This document shows, piece after piece, positions 1 through 11,880 of a stretch of DNA of 64,000 bases (position 1 is the first letter of the stretch; each line of letters opens with the position of its first letter). A program made the position numbers and the translations under genes. The stretch comes from Mobula hypostoma (lineage: Eukaryota): the NCBI RefSeq assembly GCF_963921235.1, contig NC_086109.1, forward strand, positions 23,810,001 to 23,874,000. The letters are read 5' to 3'. The notes beneath the pieces were generated by a model, which did not search any database, was not told the DNA's origin, and saw only the letters and a program-made list of their open reading frames with translations.

Positions 1-1095
1 ACTCTGATAGCTCAGATAATGGGGGACCCCTGCAGGGAACATGCCAGCCCTGACACCAGCTTTGACCCACAGCCTTGTGATCTGGATTTGAGAATGCCAA
101 ACAGATCTGTATGTGGTAAAGAGCATGGAATGTTTTAAAAGTGAAGAAACGTTTCTTGTAAAATGAATTTAAGGACTATAAAAACATTAGAACACAAAGT
201 GGCCATTCATCCCATTGAGTCTGCTCCACTTAATTAAATCTGCACCACACTGCATTTAACCGCCTTTCCTCCATATTCTTTAATCCTCTCACCCAACTTA
301 ATGTTTTGATGTCTGGTTTGATTTGAATTGCTCCTACATATCACCGAACCTTTGGGAGATATAGCTCCAGATCTCCATTAATCCTGCTATGGAAAAGTGC
401 TTCCTCATTTCATCTAAGTGGCTTGATTCTAGTTTTCGGATAGTGCTGCCTTTGTTTGGGATTCCCTTGCAGCAGAGAAAACCATTCCTCTGCATTTACT
501 CAACCAACACCCTTTAATGTCTTAAACACCTGGATTAAGATTGCTATTCAACCACTACCCTCACGAGAATACAACCAACGTTTTGAAATATATTCTTGTA
601 AATTAACCCTTTAATATCCACTCTGCAAAGAGTTTTTAACAACTTTTGTAATGTCAGTACTAACTCTTTTTGTCTTGTATAATTGTCCCTTTGACAGTTA
701 GTCTCCCTTGTTTTTGAGCATGATTGTGATTTTGTTCTTTCTTCTCTGAATTTCAAAACCCAAAACTTTATCCAGTTTTGACGATGGGACATTGAGTTTA
801 AACTTCAACAGTTTCACTGCTCACAGCTGTTGCCTTATCTCCCCAAGTGGTTTTTGTTTGCTTTATTTCAAATGTCCAGCAGCTGCAGTATTTTGCTTTT
901 GCTTTTGCTTTTACAGTTTGGATATTGGTTAAAGATTACTGCCTTTTTCTATAAACTGCTGAATTACTGATGAAACCGAAGAAAGGGGAAAACAGTCTTT
1001 GTTTCACAAAATAATCTGTAGACGCTGGGGTCAAAGCAACACGCACAACATGCTGGAGGAACTCAGCAGGTCGGGCAGCATCAGTGGAAAAGATC

Positions 1096-1131
1096 GATTG
1101 ACGTTTCGGGCTGGAACCCTTCATCAGGACT
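1096..1131 (-). ncRNA. Minimal type I hammerhead ribozyme motif (PLE pLTR)
   Basis: Minus strand reads AGTC-CTGATGA-A-GGGT-TCCA-GCCC-GAAA-CGTC-AATC. Confidence 0.72.
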
Positions 1132-1335
1132 GCAGGGGGAAGGGGCAGAGGCCCTATAAAGAAGGTGGGGGGAGGGTGGGAAGGAGAAGGCTGGTAGGTT
1201 CCAGGAGAAAAACCAGTAAGGGGAAAGATAAAGGGGTGGGGGAAAGGAGACAAAAATGCCATTCCCTATTCCCAGTTCCCCTGTCTCCGCCACATCTGCT
1301 CCAAGGATGAGGTTTTTCATTCCAGGACATCTCAA

Positions 1336-2067
1336 ATGTCCTCTTTCTTTAAGGATCGTGGTTTCCCTTCTGCCGTCATCAATGATGCCCTCACCCGCAT
1401 CTCCTCCATTTCCCGCACTTCGGCTCTCACCCCATCCTCCCGCCACCACAACAGGGACAGAGTTTCCCTTGTCCTCACCTACCACCCCACTAGCCTCCGG
1501 ATCCAACACATTATCCTCCACAACTTCCGCCAGCTTCAACAGGACCCCACCACTAAGCACATCTTTCCCTCTCCACCCCTCTCCGCCTTCCGCAGGGTTC
1601 GGTCCCTCCGTGACTCCCTGGTCCACACGTCCCTCCCCACGGATCTCCCACCTGGCACTTATCCCTGTAAGCGCAAGTGCTACACCTGTCCCTACACCTC
1701 CTCTCTTGCCACCATTCAGGGCCCCAAACAGTCCTTCCAAGTGAGGCAACACTTCACTTGTGAGTCTGTTGGGGTCATCTATTGCATCCGGTGCTCCCGC
1801 TGTGGCCTCCTCTACATCGGTGAAACCCAACGCAGATTGGGGGACCGCTTCGTCGAGCACCTCTGCTCCGTCCGCCACAACAGACAAGATTTCCCAGTAG
1901 CCACCCTCTTCAACTCTGCTTCCCGCTCCCACTCAGATATGTCCATACATGGCCTCCTCTACTGCCATGATGAGGCTAAACTCAGGTTGGAGGATCAACA
2001 CCTCATATACCGTCTAGGTAGTCTCCAGCCCCTTGGTATGAACATAGAATTCTCCAACTTCTGGTAA
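1336..2067 (+). CDS. PLE ORF C-terminus: RT thumb/linker, Cys-rich linker and GIY-YIG endonuclease (uninterrupted, 243 aa)
   Basis: VIYCIRCSRCGLLYIGETQRRLGDRFVEH gives GIY-CxxC-YIG plus the conserved R and H. The upstream CKRKCYTC...FTC motif is typical of Neptune PLEs. Ends in GMNIEF. Confidence 0.88.
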   Translation: MSSFFKDRGFPSAVINDALTRISSISRTSALTPSSRHHNRDRVSLVLTYHPTSLRIQHIILHNFRQLQQDPTTKHIFPSPPLSAFRRVRSLRDSLVHTSLPTDLPPGTYPCKRKCYTCPYTSSLATIQGPKQSFQVRQHFTCESVGVIYCIRCSRCGLLYIGETQRRLGDRFVEHLCSVRHNRQDFPVATLFNSASRSHSDMSIHGLLYCHDEAKLRLEDQHLIYRLGSLQPLGMNIEFSNFW

Positions 2068-2330
2068 TTCCCTCCCCCTTCCTTCCCCTAGCCCTATGTC
2101 ATTCTGCCCCCTCCCCCAGCTGCCTACCTCCTCCCTCTTGGTTCCGCCTCCTTCTACTACCCATTGTTTTCCGCTATTCCTTCTTCACCTTTCCTGCCTA
2201 TCACCTCCCTGCCTCCCTTCCCCCACCCCTTGATCTTTCCCCTTACTGGTTTTTCACCTGGAACTTACCAGCCTTCTCCTTCCCACCCTCCCCCCACCTT
2301 CTTTATAGGGCCTCTGCCCCTTCCCCCTAC

Positions 2331-2366
2331 AGTCCTGACGAAGGGTTCCGGCCCGAAACGTCGATC
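2331..2366 (+). ncRNA. Minimal type I hammerhead ribozyme motif (PLE pLTR)
   Basis: AGTC-CTGACGA-A-GGGT-TCCG-GCCC-GAAA-CGTC-GATC: conserved core, stem II and GUC cleavage triplet. Confidence 0.8.
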
Positions 2367-4785
2367 GATCTTTTCCACTGATGCTGCTCGACCTGCTGAG
2401 TTCCTCCAGCGTGTTGTGAGTGAGTCTTTGTTCCAATAAGCACAAATGCTTTAGAACATAGAAGAGTACTGCACAGTACAGACGCTTCAGCCGACGATGT
2501 GGTGCCAACCTCTTAACCTAGCCTAAGATCAATCTAACCCTTCCCTCCATTTATCTATCCTGTTTTGGGAGCTACTTGAGTCTTTCACCTACCCTAACAG
2601 TTATAAGTCGTTCGTAAAGGAACACAGAACACAGAATGGGCATCAGATGCAGGACTTGAGACTGTGTGAGTCAGTTCCGTACTGTTGAATTTTCTTTCAT
2701 CATTGTTTCCAGCAAGGACTTTTCAGATGCCAATAACACAGTGTTTTCTCAAAAAAGAACTTTCTCCAGACTCAACTCAGTTTCATTTGTCAATTTTCTG
2801 AACTGTCCACAGATTACTAACCTTTTAGTAACTGGAATTGCTCATTCTCTCTATCAAAACTTCCTTAATTCTGAACATGTTGAATAATTCTCCCTTAACC
2901 CTTTTCATCTTTAAGGAAATCAATCACAATTTCTTCAGTCTTACCGCATATCCACAATCCAAATATATATCTAGTAATCCCCTACATACTTACCAAGGCC
3001 TTGAAAGACATCAAGTCCTATACTTCGAATTGGACAACATACTCATTCCAAGATCTCACTCTTGATTTCTAAATATTTCCTTGTCTACAGAGCACAACTA
3101 GTTATGAAACCCCAGACTCCTACGGTTTTATTTAATAACCTTCTGAACTGACCTGCTCCAATTAGAGGTATTTGTATGCAAAACCATCCAGGTCATACCT
3201 TCTTGAAGCTGCCTTCAGCGAGAAGATTCAACAGACTGAGGTTTCACACCACCAGGTTCAGCAACACCTACTTTCCTACAATGACTAGGTTCTTGAACCG
3301 ACCTGCACTACTTTAATTCTACCTCAGTAACGGAGCACTATGTACCGTCTCTTGCACTACCTCAGATTTGTCTCTGATTGTGTCCTTTTTTGCATTAAAG
3401 TCTTGTTTTGAACTTCTATTTCTTTACTGCCTTATGTAATTTATGTATACCTATGTTCCTGTGATGCTGCTGCAAACAAACTTCTAATTGTGCATCCACC
3501 TCACCGTACTTGTGCACTTGATTATAAACACAACTTGACATTTGTCTCTGTATCTGTCCCCTTTTGAAACTGTACCAAATTTGCCTATATTGACAGTGCT
3601 GCTTCTCCATTTATTAAATTAGGATCTATCTGTTTTTCTCCTGCTAAACCACCACAAAAAAACAAAGGAAATCATGACAAACTCATTATGGCAAAATCAT
3701 CTCAGCAAATCTCAACCCAAAAAGAACAGAGGGAACAGTAGTTTCCCCAAACCAGACTTGTCAAAGCAAATACCTTGGGGGCCGCAGCAGGAATCAGTGA
3801 TTCTAGATACTGTAATTGAGATATTTCCTGTTGTTTAATAGGCACAAACCATGAAACTGCTCTTTGTTACTGCGTCTCATGCTTCAAGCAAGTCAATCTC
3901 AACACAGCCTGAACTCTGGCAGTGTGCCCATGCCTTCAATATAAGCAGGTTTCTATGCGCTTTGTCTCTCCTACCCCTGTTCCCTTCCCCTGGGATTTTC
4001 ACTTCCAGGATGAAGCCACTGAATAAGATTGTGATTCTTTTGGATATGTCATCGCTGGCCTCTGGCATCAGGACTGGATGGAAGGGTGCTCACTTGTAAG
4101 ATGGCATATTAAATCAGAATTTCACTTACTTGACGTCAAAGTAACTTTCAAATGGTGGTTAGGGAAGGTGACATTGCAGTGCAACTTACTTTTGGGAAGA
4201 GGCTACATGGAATATTTTGACATCTGAATTTTGAACAGAAGTCTTGCTATTTACATGCCGGAAGAGAATGACAGGTCAGGTGAGGGTAAAAAACTGCTAC
4301 ATTTCCATCATTGATGTCTGATCCTCACTATGAACATAAAACTTACCTTATTGCATCATCATTGGGGAAGTCTGATGTCAGATCAAGGACATCTTACTTC
4401 AAAAGCTATGTCTCTATATAAATGCGGTGTATTTTCAAAGCACGGTAATGCTTCCCTGATCTTATACCCTCAAACAGTAACTCCAATTCTAACACGGTGA
4501 CATTTCCATTTCTCACCAGCCCTCCATGATACCATAAGACATAGGAGAGGAATTAGCCTCTTTGGCCAATCGAGTTTGTTCTGCCATTCCATCATGGTTG
4601 ATTCATTATCCCTCTCAACCCTATTCTTCTGTCTTCTCCCCATAATCTTTGACACCCTTACTCCTGTGATGTCAATGTATGAAGTGATCAAACTGTGGTA
4701 ACCTGTGGCTAATTATAAGTAATTTCATGTGCTGATGTGCCCTAGAACTGTGCCAATACAGGCAATTTCACTTCATAAAACCATT

Positions 4786-4829
4786 AAACCTTCAACTGTA
4801 GAAGGAAACCTTCAACTGTAGAAGGAAAC
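4786..4829. repeat. Perfect 20-bp tandem duplication
   Basis: AAACCTTCAACTGTAGAAGG x2 followed by AAAC. Confidence 0.9.
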
Positions 4830-5579
4830 TAGGTTCTATTTTTAACCAATCCAAAAAACCTCACTGCAACTTCCCTCAAAATGTTCTGCAAAAATTCTGA
4901 TTAATCCTACTGTCCCATCGTCCATTTCCACATATCAACAGAAACCTATCACATTGTTTCCTGCTCCTTTCCGAAGTCCTGTATTAATCCAAGCTACTTG
5001 AATGGCTGCACTTTCCTTGGCTTCAAAACAATTAACAATTTTCCTTTTAAAGATGCAATGATATCCATCTAAGCAGTTTTAGTTTCCTTACCTAAAGAGC
5101 TCATCTCAGAAACAATTTGACATAGAATGACTAGGAGAGTTTCAGCAGGTCTAGTGTATACTCACTGGAGAAAGGAAGAAAGGAAAGTGATCTCATTTTT
5201 GGACAGAATGAAACAGACAAGGTATAGGATCAGACATGATCATATTGCCTGACAGAGCAGGCCAGAGAGGGTTTATAGATTGTTCCTGATTTTATTTCTT
5301 CTGCTCTTATTATAAACTACACCCTACAGCAAAACATTCTGGTCTAAAAATTCCAGTATGTAAAAAAAGAAATAACTTCCTAAACTCTCTCCAAATTCTC
5401 TGTAAATCTATAAATCTATGTGATTCTTCACCTCACCTACTCAAGTGGGTACAGGTTAAGCACCTAAGTTTCTCCTCATGATTACAGTACTTTTCCCCAG
5501 GCATCTTCCTGGTCCATCCAAAGCCTTTTGCAGCCTTTCTAAATGGGACAAAAGAAAAACCCTGCACACAATACTTTAA

Positions 5580-5836
5580 AAACGCAAACACGAGGAAATC
5601 TGCAGATGCTGGAATTTCAAGCAACACACATAAAAGTTACTGGTGAACGCAGCAGGCCAGGCAGCATCTCTAGGAAGAGGTACAGTCGACGTTTCGGGCC
5701 GAGACCCTTCGTCAGGACTAACTGAAAGAAGAGCTAGTAAGAGCTAGAAGGATCTCGGCCCAAAACGTCGACTGTACCTCTACCTAGAGATGCTGCCTGG
5801 CCTGCTGCGTTCACCAGCAACTTTTATGTGTGTTGC
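5580..5836. mobile_element. Non-coding fold-back PLE pLTR element inserted in a decayed CR1
   Basis: About 5620-5705 is inverted relative to about 5752-5836. 17-bp flanking duplication TGCAC[A/C]CAATACTTTAA at 5563-5579 and 5834-5850. Confidence 0.88.
5684..5719 (-). ncRNA. Minimal type I hammerhead ribozyme motif, consensus-perfect copy
   Basis: Minus strand AGTC-CTGACGA-A-GGGT-CTCG-GCCC-GAAA-CGTC-GACT. Stem I AGTC/GACT is fully paired. Confidence 0.83.
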
Positions 5837-6094
5837 ACCCAATACTTTAACTGTGGCTGAGAATATGTCATGTAAAAATTTATCACAACTGATTTACTGC
5901 TGTATTATTTATCCATTCAAAATTAATTTGGCCTTTCATATGGATTAATTCACTTTTATCCAAACAATTAGTCACTACTTCATAAATTTCACTACCCTGG
6001 CAAACAAAGCTTGGCTTTAGTAAACTTATGAGCCACAAACAGTCTGTTGGAGGAACTCATCAATTTGAGCAGCATCAGTTTTGGGGGAGGAATT

Positions 6095-7150
6095 CAAAGG
6101 TTCATTTTATTTTCTGATTTTTGTCTTCTCCAGATAGCCATGAAATACAGAAAAACCAGGGGGAGTTGTTTAAAAGCCATAACTTCCCCCCTCACGGACA
6201 CGATAAAAAAAAAACTCACAAACCCCGACGCACCCCCCAAACTCGAAAAAACTAACAAATTGTCCACAAACCTCAAACCCCCAACTCTGCAAAAATAGTG
6301 ACGATAACATCAAATCCCCAGCCCCCTCCCTCACAGAAAAGAAACAGCGATAATAACATCAAATCTCCAGCCTCATCCTCCACAGAAAAAAACAGTGATG
6401 ATAACATCAAATCCCAAACGCCTCCCTCACAGAGAAAAAACCGTAACAATAACATCAAATCCCAAACCCTTCTCTCACATGCAAAACCTATCAGATTTGC
6501 CCACGCAGAAAAGCATTAGCAAACACCAACATCGGACCCCAGATCCCCAACTTTTCACATAAAAAGTGACATACCGCCAACCGCCAATCGGCAACAAGGA
6601 AGAAAACACCAAAAACTGAATGAGACCATTAGAACGTACAGTCCAATAAGCACATAAATCTCAGAATATCGAAACCATCTTTCTGTTAGCTTTCGAGGAG
6701 AGTAGTGGTATGAACTCAGTCATGAAGAGTGACCGCCACGCCAGGTTTGAATGCGAATGCCGTCGACTTGGCTACCAACCCTGCGGCCTCCATTGAAAGC
6801 GATAGCTGACCTCCTCTGCATTCACCTTGCTGCTTCAATCTTCCTTGATGCTTCAAAATAGAGTCACTCATGACCTCGTGCCCCGTCTCTGGTCTTTTCC
6901 ATGAGTCAGCTCATGTTCTCGGACCTCTTCAGTCACAGTCTCTGCTCCTCACCAGGAGGCAGCTCTCCGGACACAACCAGAGCACCAGATCATTCAATCA
7001 AATTCCAAACTGCACCTCACAGGCTCCAACGGCTGGCATCACGCAATCAAGACAAAGCAGAAGATGTAGAGAAAGTGAAATAATTGAAGAGATTAGCCAT
7101 GTGGAATATGTCACCCAAGGAATCATTGTTCACTAGCACCATCTTGACTA
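6095..7150 (-). mobile_element. About 1-kb non-coding retroposon-like element with internal ~50-bp tandem repeats
   Basis: 3' motif CATGGCTATCTGGAGAAGACAAA (6120-6142, minus) is shared with 21794-21816 (+). The 5' end reads TCAAGATGGTG. Four ATAACATCAAATC-containing units at 6296-6480. Confidence 0.55.
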
Positions 7151-8684
7151 GAATTGTTGATATTTTGAGTTGAATTCCTGAAAATGGAGAGGTGAAACTC
7201 TTGTGTCTCCTTTAGTAAATTCATGCAGCCTGACTTGATTTAATCATTAATTTTTAAGTGCTTGTACTTTCTTCAAATGATAGATTTTGCTTTTGTCTAA
7301 AATGATACTAAGCTACCTTGTCCTATACTTGTTTAAATCATTCTCACACCATGAAGCATCTCAGTAGTAGTTTTTAGTCCAGGACAATTTTATTATCCAA
7401 TAATCAATGAAAAATTGTGACAGAGGATGGTGGAGTGTCTGGGTGGAGATAGGTACCGGGGAACCATAAGTTTGGAAGCTGTGTAGTGGAGATGTCTTGA
7501 AGTGATGAAATCAGTGATGGTATGAAAAACTGTGGCCTGATAATCTTTGGTGGGGTCATGGACAAGGGTATGAGGAAGTGTTCAAAGGAAGAGACTCAAG
7601 GAGAAATGTCGAGCGCCCATTTTTTTTTCAGAGATTGTGCCCGACCTGCTGGGTTCCTCCAGCAGTCTCGTTTCCACAGGACATAGTAAAACATGAAACA
7701 TGTTCTATTACTCTCTTCTGTACTTGAGGAACTCTACCTATCTACCTTGGGGTCGAGTAACTCGGACAATTTATTTTTTAGTAGTTCTGACGGTTCTCCA
7801 TCATGTCCAACGATGACAGAACCTGTGCAGGAGAGATTTTAAAGTGGAAAAGCCGTTTCACCGGGCAGTTCCACTCTCTTGACCTCAGAAGCCCACGTCC
7901 AATGGTACGAACAAGCACCAAAAACTGGTCTTATTTGATTGCAGTGGATGACATCTCCTGTACCTTGCCATGCTCCTTCGCTGTCCATGGTGCATTGCAG
8001 TACCACCTTCCTGGCTGTTGGATCTCACTGTGGATATCATCTGCCTAGTCTGCCAGAACTGACTTTGGATGCTGGGGCAGGCATGTACCTAGTTCTAACA
8101 GAGGTTCCTCTTTATTCCTACGGGTGAGTCTCACTGTGATGAACAGAAGACCCATCACCATGTTAGATTCCAACAGTTTCTGCCGACAACAGGTAGAGTG
8201 TGCCGAGTCACCAGGCTATCCAACTTTCTCAGCGTGTGCACTAACAGGATGCTGTCTGATGCTTTACAGCTTCTACCATGGGACCAGTAATCCAAGGGCC
8301 TTGGATTAATAAACTAGACAATGAGCTCTTCAATCATGCCATGACAGTTTGACAGCTTGAATTTAATTTAAAGAAAAATGATCATGAAGCAATTAGATTA
8401 TCATAAAAATACACGTGGTTTCGTAATGTCCTTTGGAGGAGGGAACACATTCTCTCTACACTCTGTAGTCTTAATATGACTTTAGTTTAACACTAACGGG
8501 GAACTTTCATCTAAAGTGACCATAGCAGGCACATTCCATCCATCAACAATCTTTCCCTTTATCTCCATCCCTAACAGTGACCCGCCATTATTCCCACTGT
8601 CCACCTTCCTCCAAACAGACATTTACTTAGGTTTGGGCAGAGCCTAAGATAGTCACGACATGGAATGCAGACTTTCAATTACGT

Positions 8685-8995
8685 GGGCACGTGGCCAAGT
8701 GGTTAAGGCATTGGACTAGCGATCTGAAGGTCATGAGGTCGAGCCCCAGCCGAGGCAGCATGTTGTATCCTTGAGCAAGGCGCTTAACCACACAGTGCTC
8801 TGTGACGACACTGGTGCCAAGCTGTATCGGCCCCTGCCCTTCCCTTGGACAAGATCGGTGTCGTGGAGAGGGGAGACTTGCAGCATGGGCAACTGCCGGT
8901 CTTCCATACAACCTTGCCCAGGCCTGCACCCTGGAGAGTGAAGACTTTCCAGGTGCAGATCCAAAGTCTCGCAAGACTAACGGATGCCTTAATGC
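8685..8995 (+). mobile_element. tRNA-derived SINE
   Basis: Head GGGCACGTGGCCAAGTGGTTAAGGC (A box) ... GAGGTCGAGCCC (B-box-like). The body shares CTGGTGCCAA.CTGTAT.GG with 60130-60150. Confidence 0.8.
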
Positions 8996-9002
8996 CCTCA
9001 TA

Positions 9003-9445
9003 ATACGTGTTGTGTATACAGCGAAACATACAGTGAAATGCATTGTTGCGTCAACGACCAACACAGGACCAACACAATCTTGATGAAGGGTCTCAGTACG
9101 AAACGTCGATTGTACTCTTTCCCATAGATGCTGCCTGGCCAGCTGAGTTCCTCCAGCATTTTGTGTGCGTTGCTTGGATTCCCAGCATCTGCAGAGTTTC
9201 TCTTGTTTGTGACTGAACACACTGGATGTGCTAGGGGCAGCCCGCAGAGTCGCCATACTGTACATACGGCGTCAACGTAGCATGCCCATAATGTACTAAC
9301 CCTAACCCATATATCTTTGGAACCGGAGCACCCAGAGGAAAAACTCACAGTTACGGGGAGAATGTATAAACTCCTCGCAGACAGCAGTGTGAATTCAGCC
9401 TCGATCGCTGGTGCTGTACTGCATTATCCTAACTGCTACGCCACC
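9003..9445 (-). mobile_element. V-domain (V-SINE-like) element interrupted by a PLE pLTR fragment
   Basis: Minus strand shows a tRNA-like head GGTGGCGTAGCAGTTAG then GGAGTTTATACATTCTCCCCGT...TCCTCTGGGTGCTCCGGTTCC, resembling the V core. Confidence 0.6.
9078..9211 (+). mobile_element. Short PLE pLTR 3' fragment starting at a degenerate hammerhead
   Basis: TTGATGAAGGGTCTCAGTACGAAACGTCGAT...CCAGCATCTGCAGA matches the other pLTR copies. Confidence 0.8.
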
Positions 9446-11880
9446 CAGGTTTTCAGCGGAAACCTAAGCAGCATACCAAGGAATAGATTTATATCAGACA
9501 TACTGTTTAACTACAAAAATATCCAGAAGAAGTTATCAGTGTACATCAGTTAGAAAAATCCTTTGGACCTACAGGCATTTATTCTGAGCAGATTACTGCA
9601 ATAATATCTATCACATTTTAAAGATTTTCAAAGTGAATTTTATCTCATTCATACATAATCCTTCCAGCTGTCAATGGTAACAGCTAATCAAAGTTGATTT
9701 CATCACTTGCCATGCTTTAAAACTAAATCCATTTTTTAAGTCTTGTTCTTTGCATTGCATCCTGCTAACTACCTAGCAGAGTGTCGAGACATTCCCCCTG
9801 TGGTGCACACTCTGTTTGCCTGCAGACAGGCAAGCCATTTTTTGCCACTTGCCGGGAGGTGTAATAATAGACAAGAACCTGGAACAATTTCAGGTTTCCT
9901 GCCAAATGCAGCCACATTGAAAAGGATATTTTGGCAAATGGCTACTTTCATGGAGATTGGTATGAGTGCAATTCAAAGGACTATTAATCAGTGCCATGCT
10001 CTACAGTAGGATTTTCTAAGCATCAACATGTGCCACTGTCTGACAAACAGTGATAAACAGGTAAGATTGCCAACACTGCAAGTTTGAAATGGACAGTATA
10101 ACTTTTTATTGCTGGGCTGTCCAAACCATTTTTCAAGCATGCAGAAAGGACTCCAATTTTCTCACCACATTAGAGTATCATTAGGCAGCTGAAGCATCGT
10201 TTTGGCTAGCTCAATGATTGTCAGCATGTCCAGTATTAACTCCTGTGAGTAGTGACCAGCTGGAGCAGAGCGTTGGTATTCTATCTATTTCCTCTGTTTT
10301 TATCTGTTACCATGAACATTTTCAAGGGCTTATGAATTCTATTTTGAAAGTTAGTATTAAATTTTCTTCGACAAAATTTTCATGCATTGCACCCAAGGTC
10401 ACATTGACTTGCTTGCTTTCAGAGTTTTGAGGGATGGAAAACGAGTATGTTGAATTGTTTCTATTGTTTAAGAACCATTGAGTCATAGAAAACTACAGAA
10501 GAGAAAAAGGCCTCTTGGCCCATCTAGTCCATGCCAAGCTATTATTCTGCCTAGTCCCAACCATAGCCCGCCGTACCCCTTCCATCCATGTACCTATCTA
10601 AACTTCTCTTCAACATTGAAAGTAAAACTGCATCTACCACCTGCGCTGGCAGCTTATTCCACACTCTCAGCACCCTCTGAGAGAAGTTTCCCCTAAAAAC
10701 ATTTCATCTTTCACTCTTAACCTATGACCTCTAGTCATAGTCTCACCCAAACTCAGTGGAAAAAGCCTGCTTGCATTTACCCTGTCCATACCCCTCATCA
10801 CTTTGTATAGCTCTATCAAATCTCCGCTCAATCTTCAACGTTCAAGGGAATAAAGTTCTAACCCATTCAATCTTTTCTTATAACTCAGGTCCTCCAGTTC
10901 CAGCAACATCCTTGTAAGTTTTCTCTGTACTCTTCTGATCCCATTTATATCCTTCCTGCAGGTAGGTGACCAAAACTGCACACAATACACCAAATTAGGG
11001 CTCACCAATGTCTTATACAACTTCAACATAACATCCTAACTCCTGTGTTCATTACTTTGATCTATGAAGGCCAATGTGCCAAAAGCTTTCTTTATGACCT
11101 TATCTACCAGTGTATGCCACTTTCAATCAATAATGGACCTGAATTCCCAAATCCCTTTCTTCCCCCGCACTCCTCAGTGCCCTACCGCTCACTGTTGAAG
11201 ACCCACCCGGGATGGTCCTCTCAAAGTGCAACATCTCACACGTCTGCACGAAATTCCATCTGTGATTTTTCAGCCTATTTTTACAGCTGTTCCAGATGCC
11301 ACTGCAAGCTTTTATAGTCTTCCTCACTGTCTTGGTGTATTCGCAAATTTGCTGATCCAGTTAACCACATTATTATCCAGGTCATTGATATAGATGACAA
11401 ACTACAATGGACACAGCACTGATCCCTGCAGCACTCCGTTAGTCACAGGCCTCCAGTCAGAGGGGCAAACATCTACTAGAACTCTCTGGCTTCTCCCATT
11501 AAAGCCAATGTCTATTCCAATTTACTACCTTATCTTGAATGCCAAACAACTGAACCTTCTTGACCAACCTCCCATGCAAGACATTGTCAAATGCCTTGCT
11601 GAAGTCCATGTAGACAACATCCACAGACTTGTCTTCATCTACTTTCCTAGTATCTTCTTCGAAAATCTCTATAAGATTGGTTAGAACAATCTACTATGCA
11701 CAAAGTCATGCTGACTATCCCTAATCTGTTCCTAAATATCCAAATGCTCATGTATCTGGTCCCTTCGAATACCCTTCAATAATTTTCTCACTACTAACGT
11801 CAGGCTCACCAGCCTATAATTTCCTGGTCTTTCTTAAACAGCAGAACAACATTAGCTTTCTTCCAATCCTCTGGTACCTC

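Larger units (their letters stand above)
1005..2422 (+). mobile_element. Penelope-like retroelement (Neptune type), 5'-truncated, with an inverted pLTR copy at the 5' end
   Basis: GIY-YIG ORF at 1336-2067. About 1025-1245 is the reverse complement of about 2220-2421. Flanking duplication AGTCTTTGTT[T/C]CA at 994-1006 and 2423-2435. Confidence 0.92.

Noticed and set aside
1081..1932. 283-aa antisense ORF and Pro/Ser-rich alternative-frame ORFs over the PLE
   Set aside because: Shadow ORFs of a C-rich coding strand with no recognisable motifs; not preserved at full length in the paralogous copies.
8685..8760. tRNA gene
   Set aside because: It has A/B-box-like motifs but no convincing cloverleaf and continues into a SINE body.
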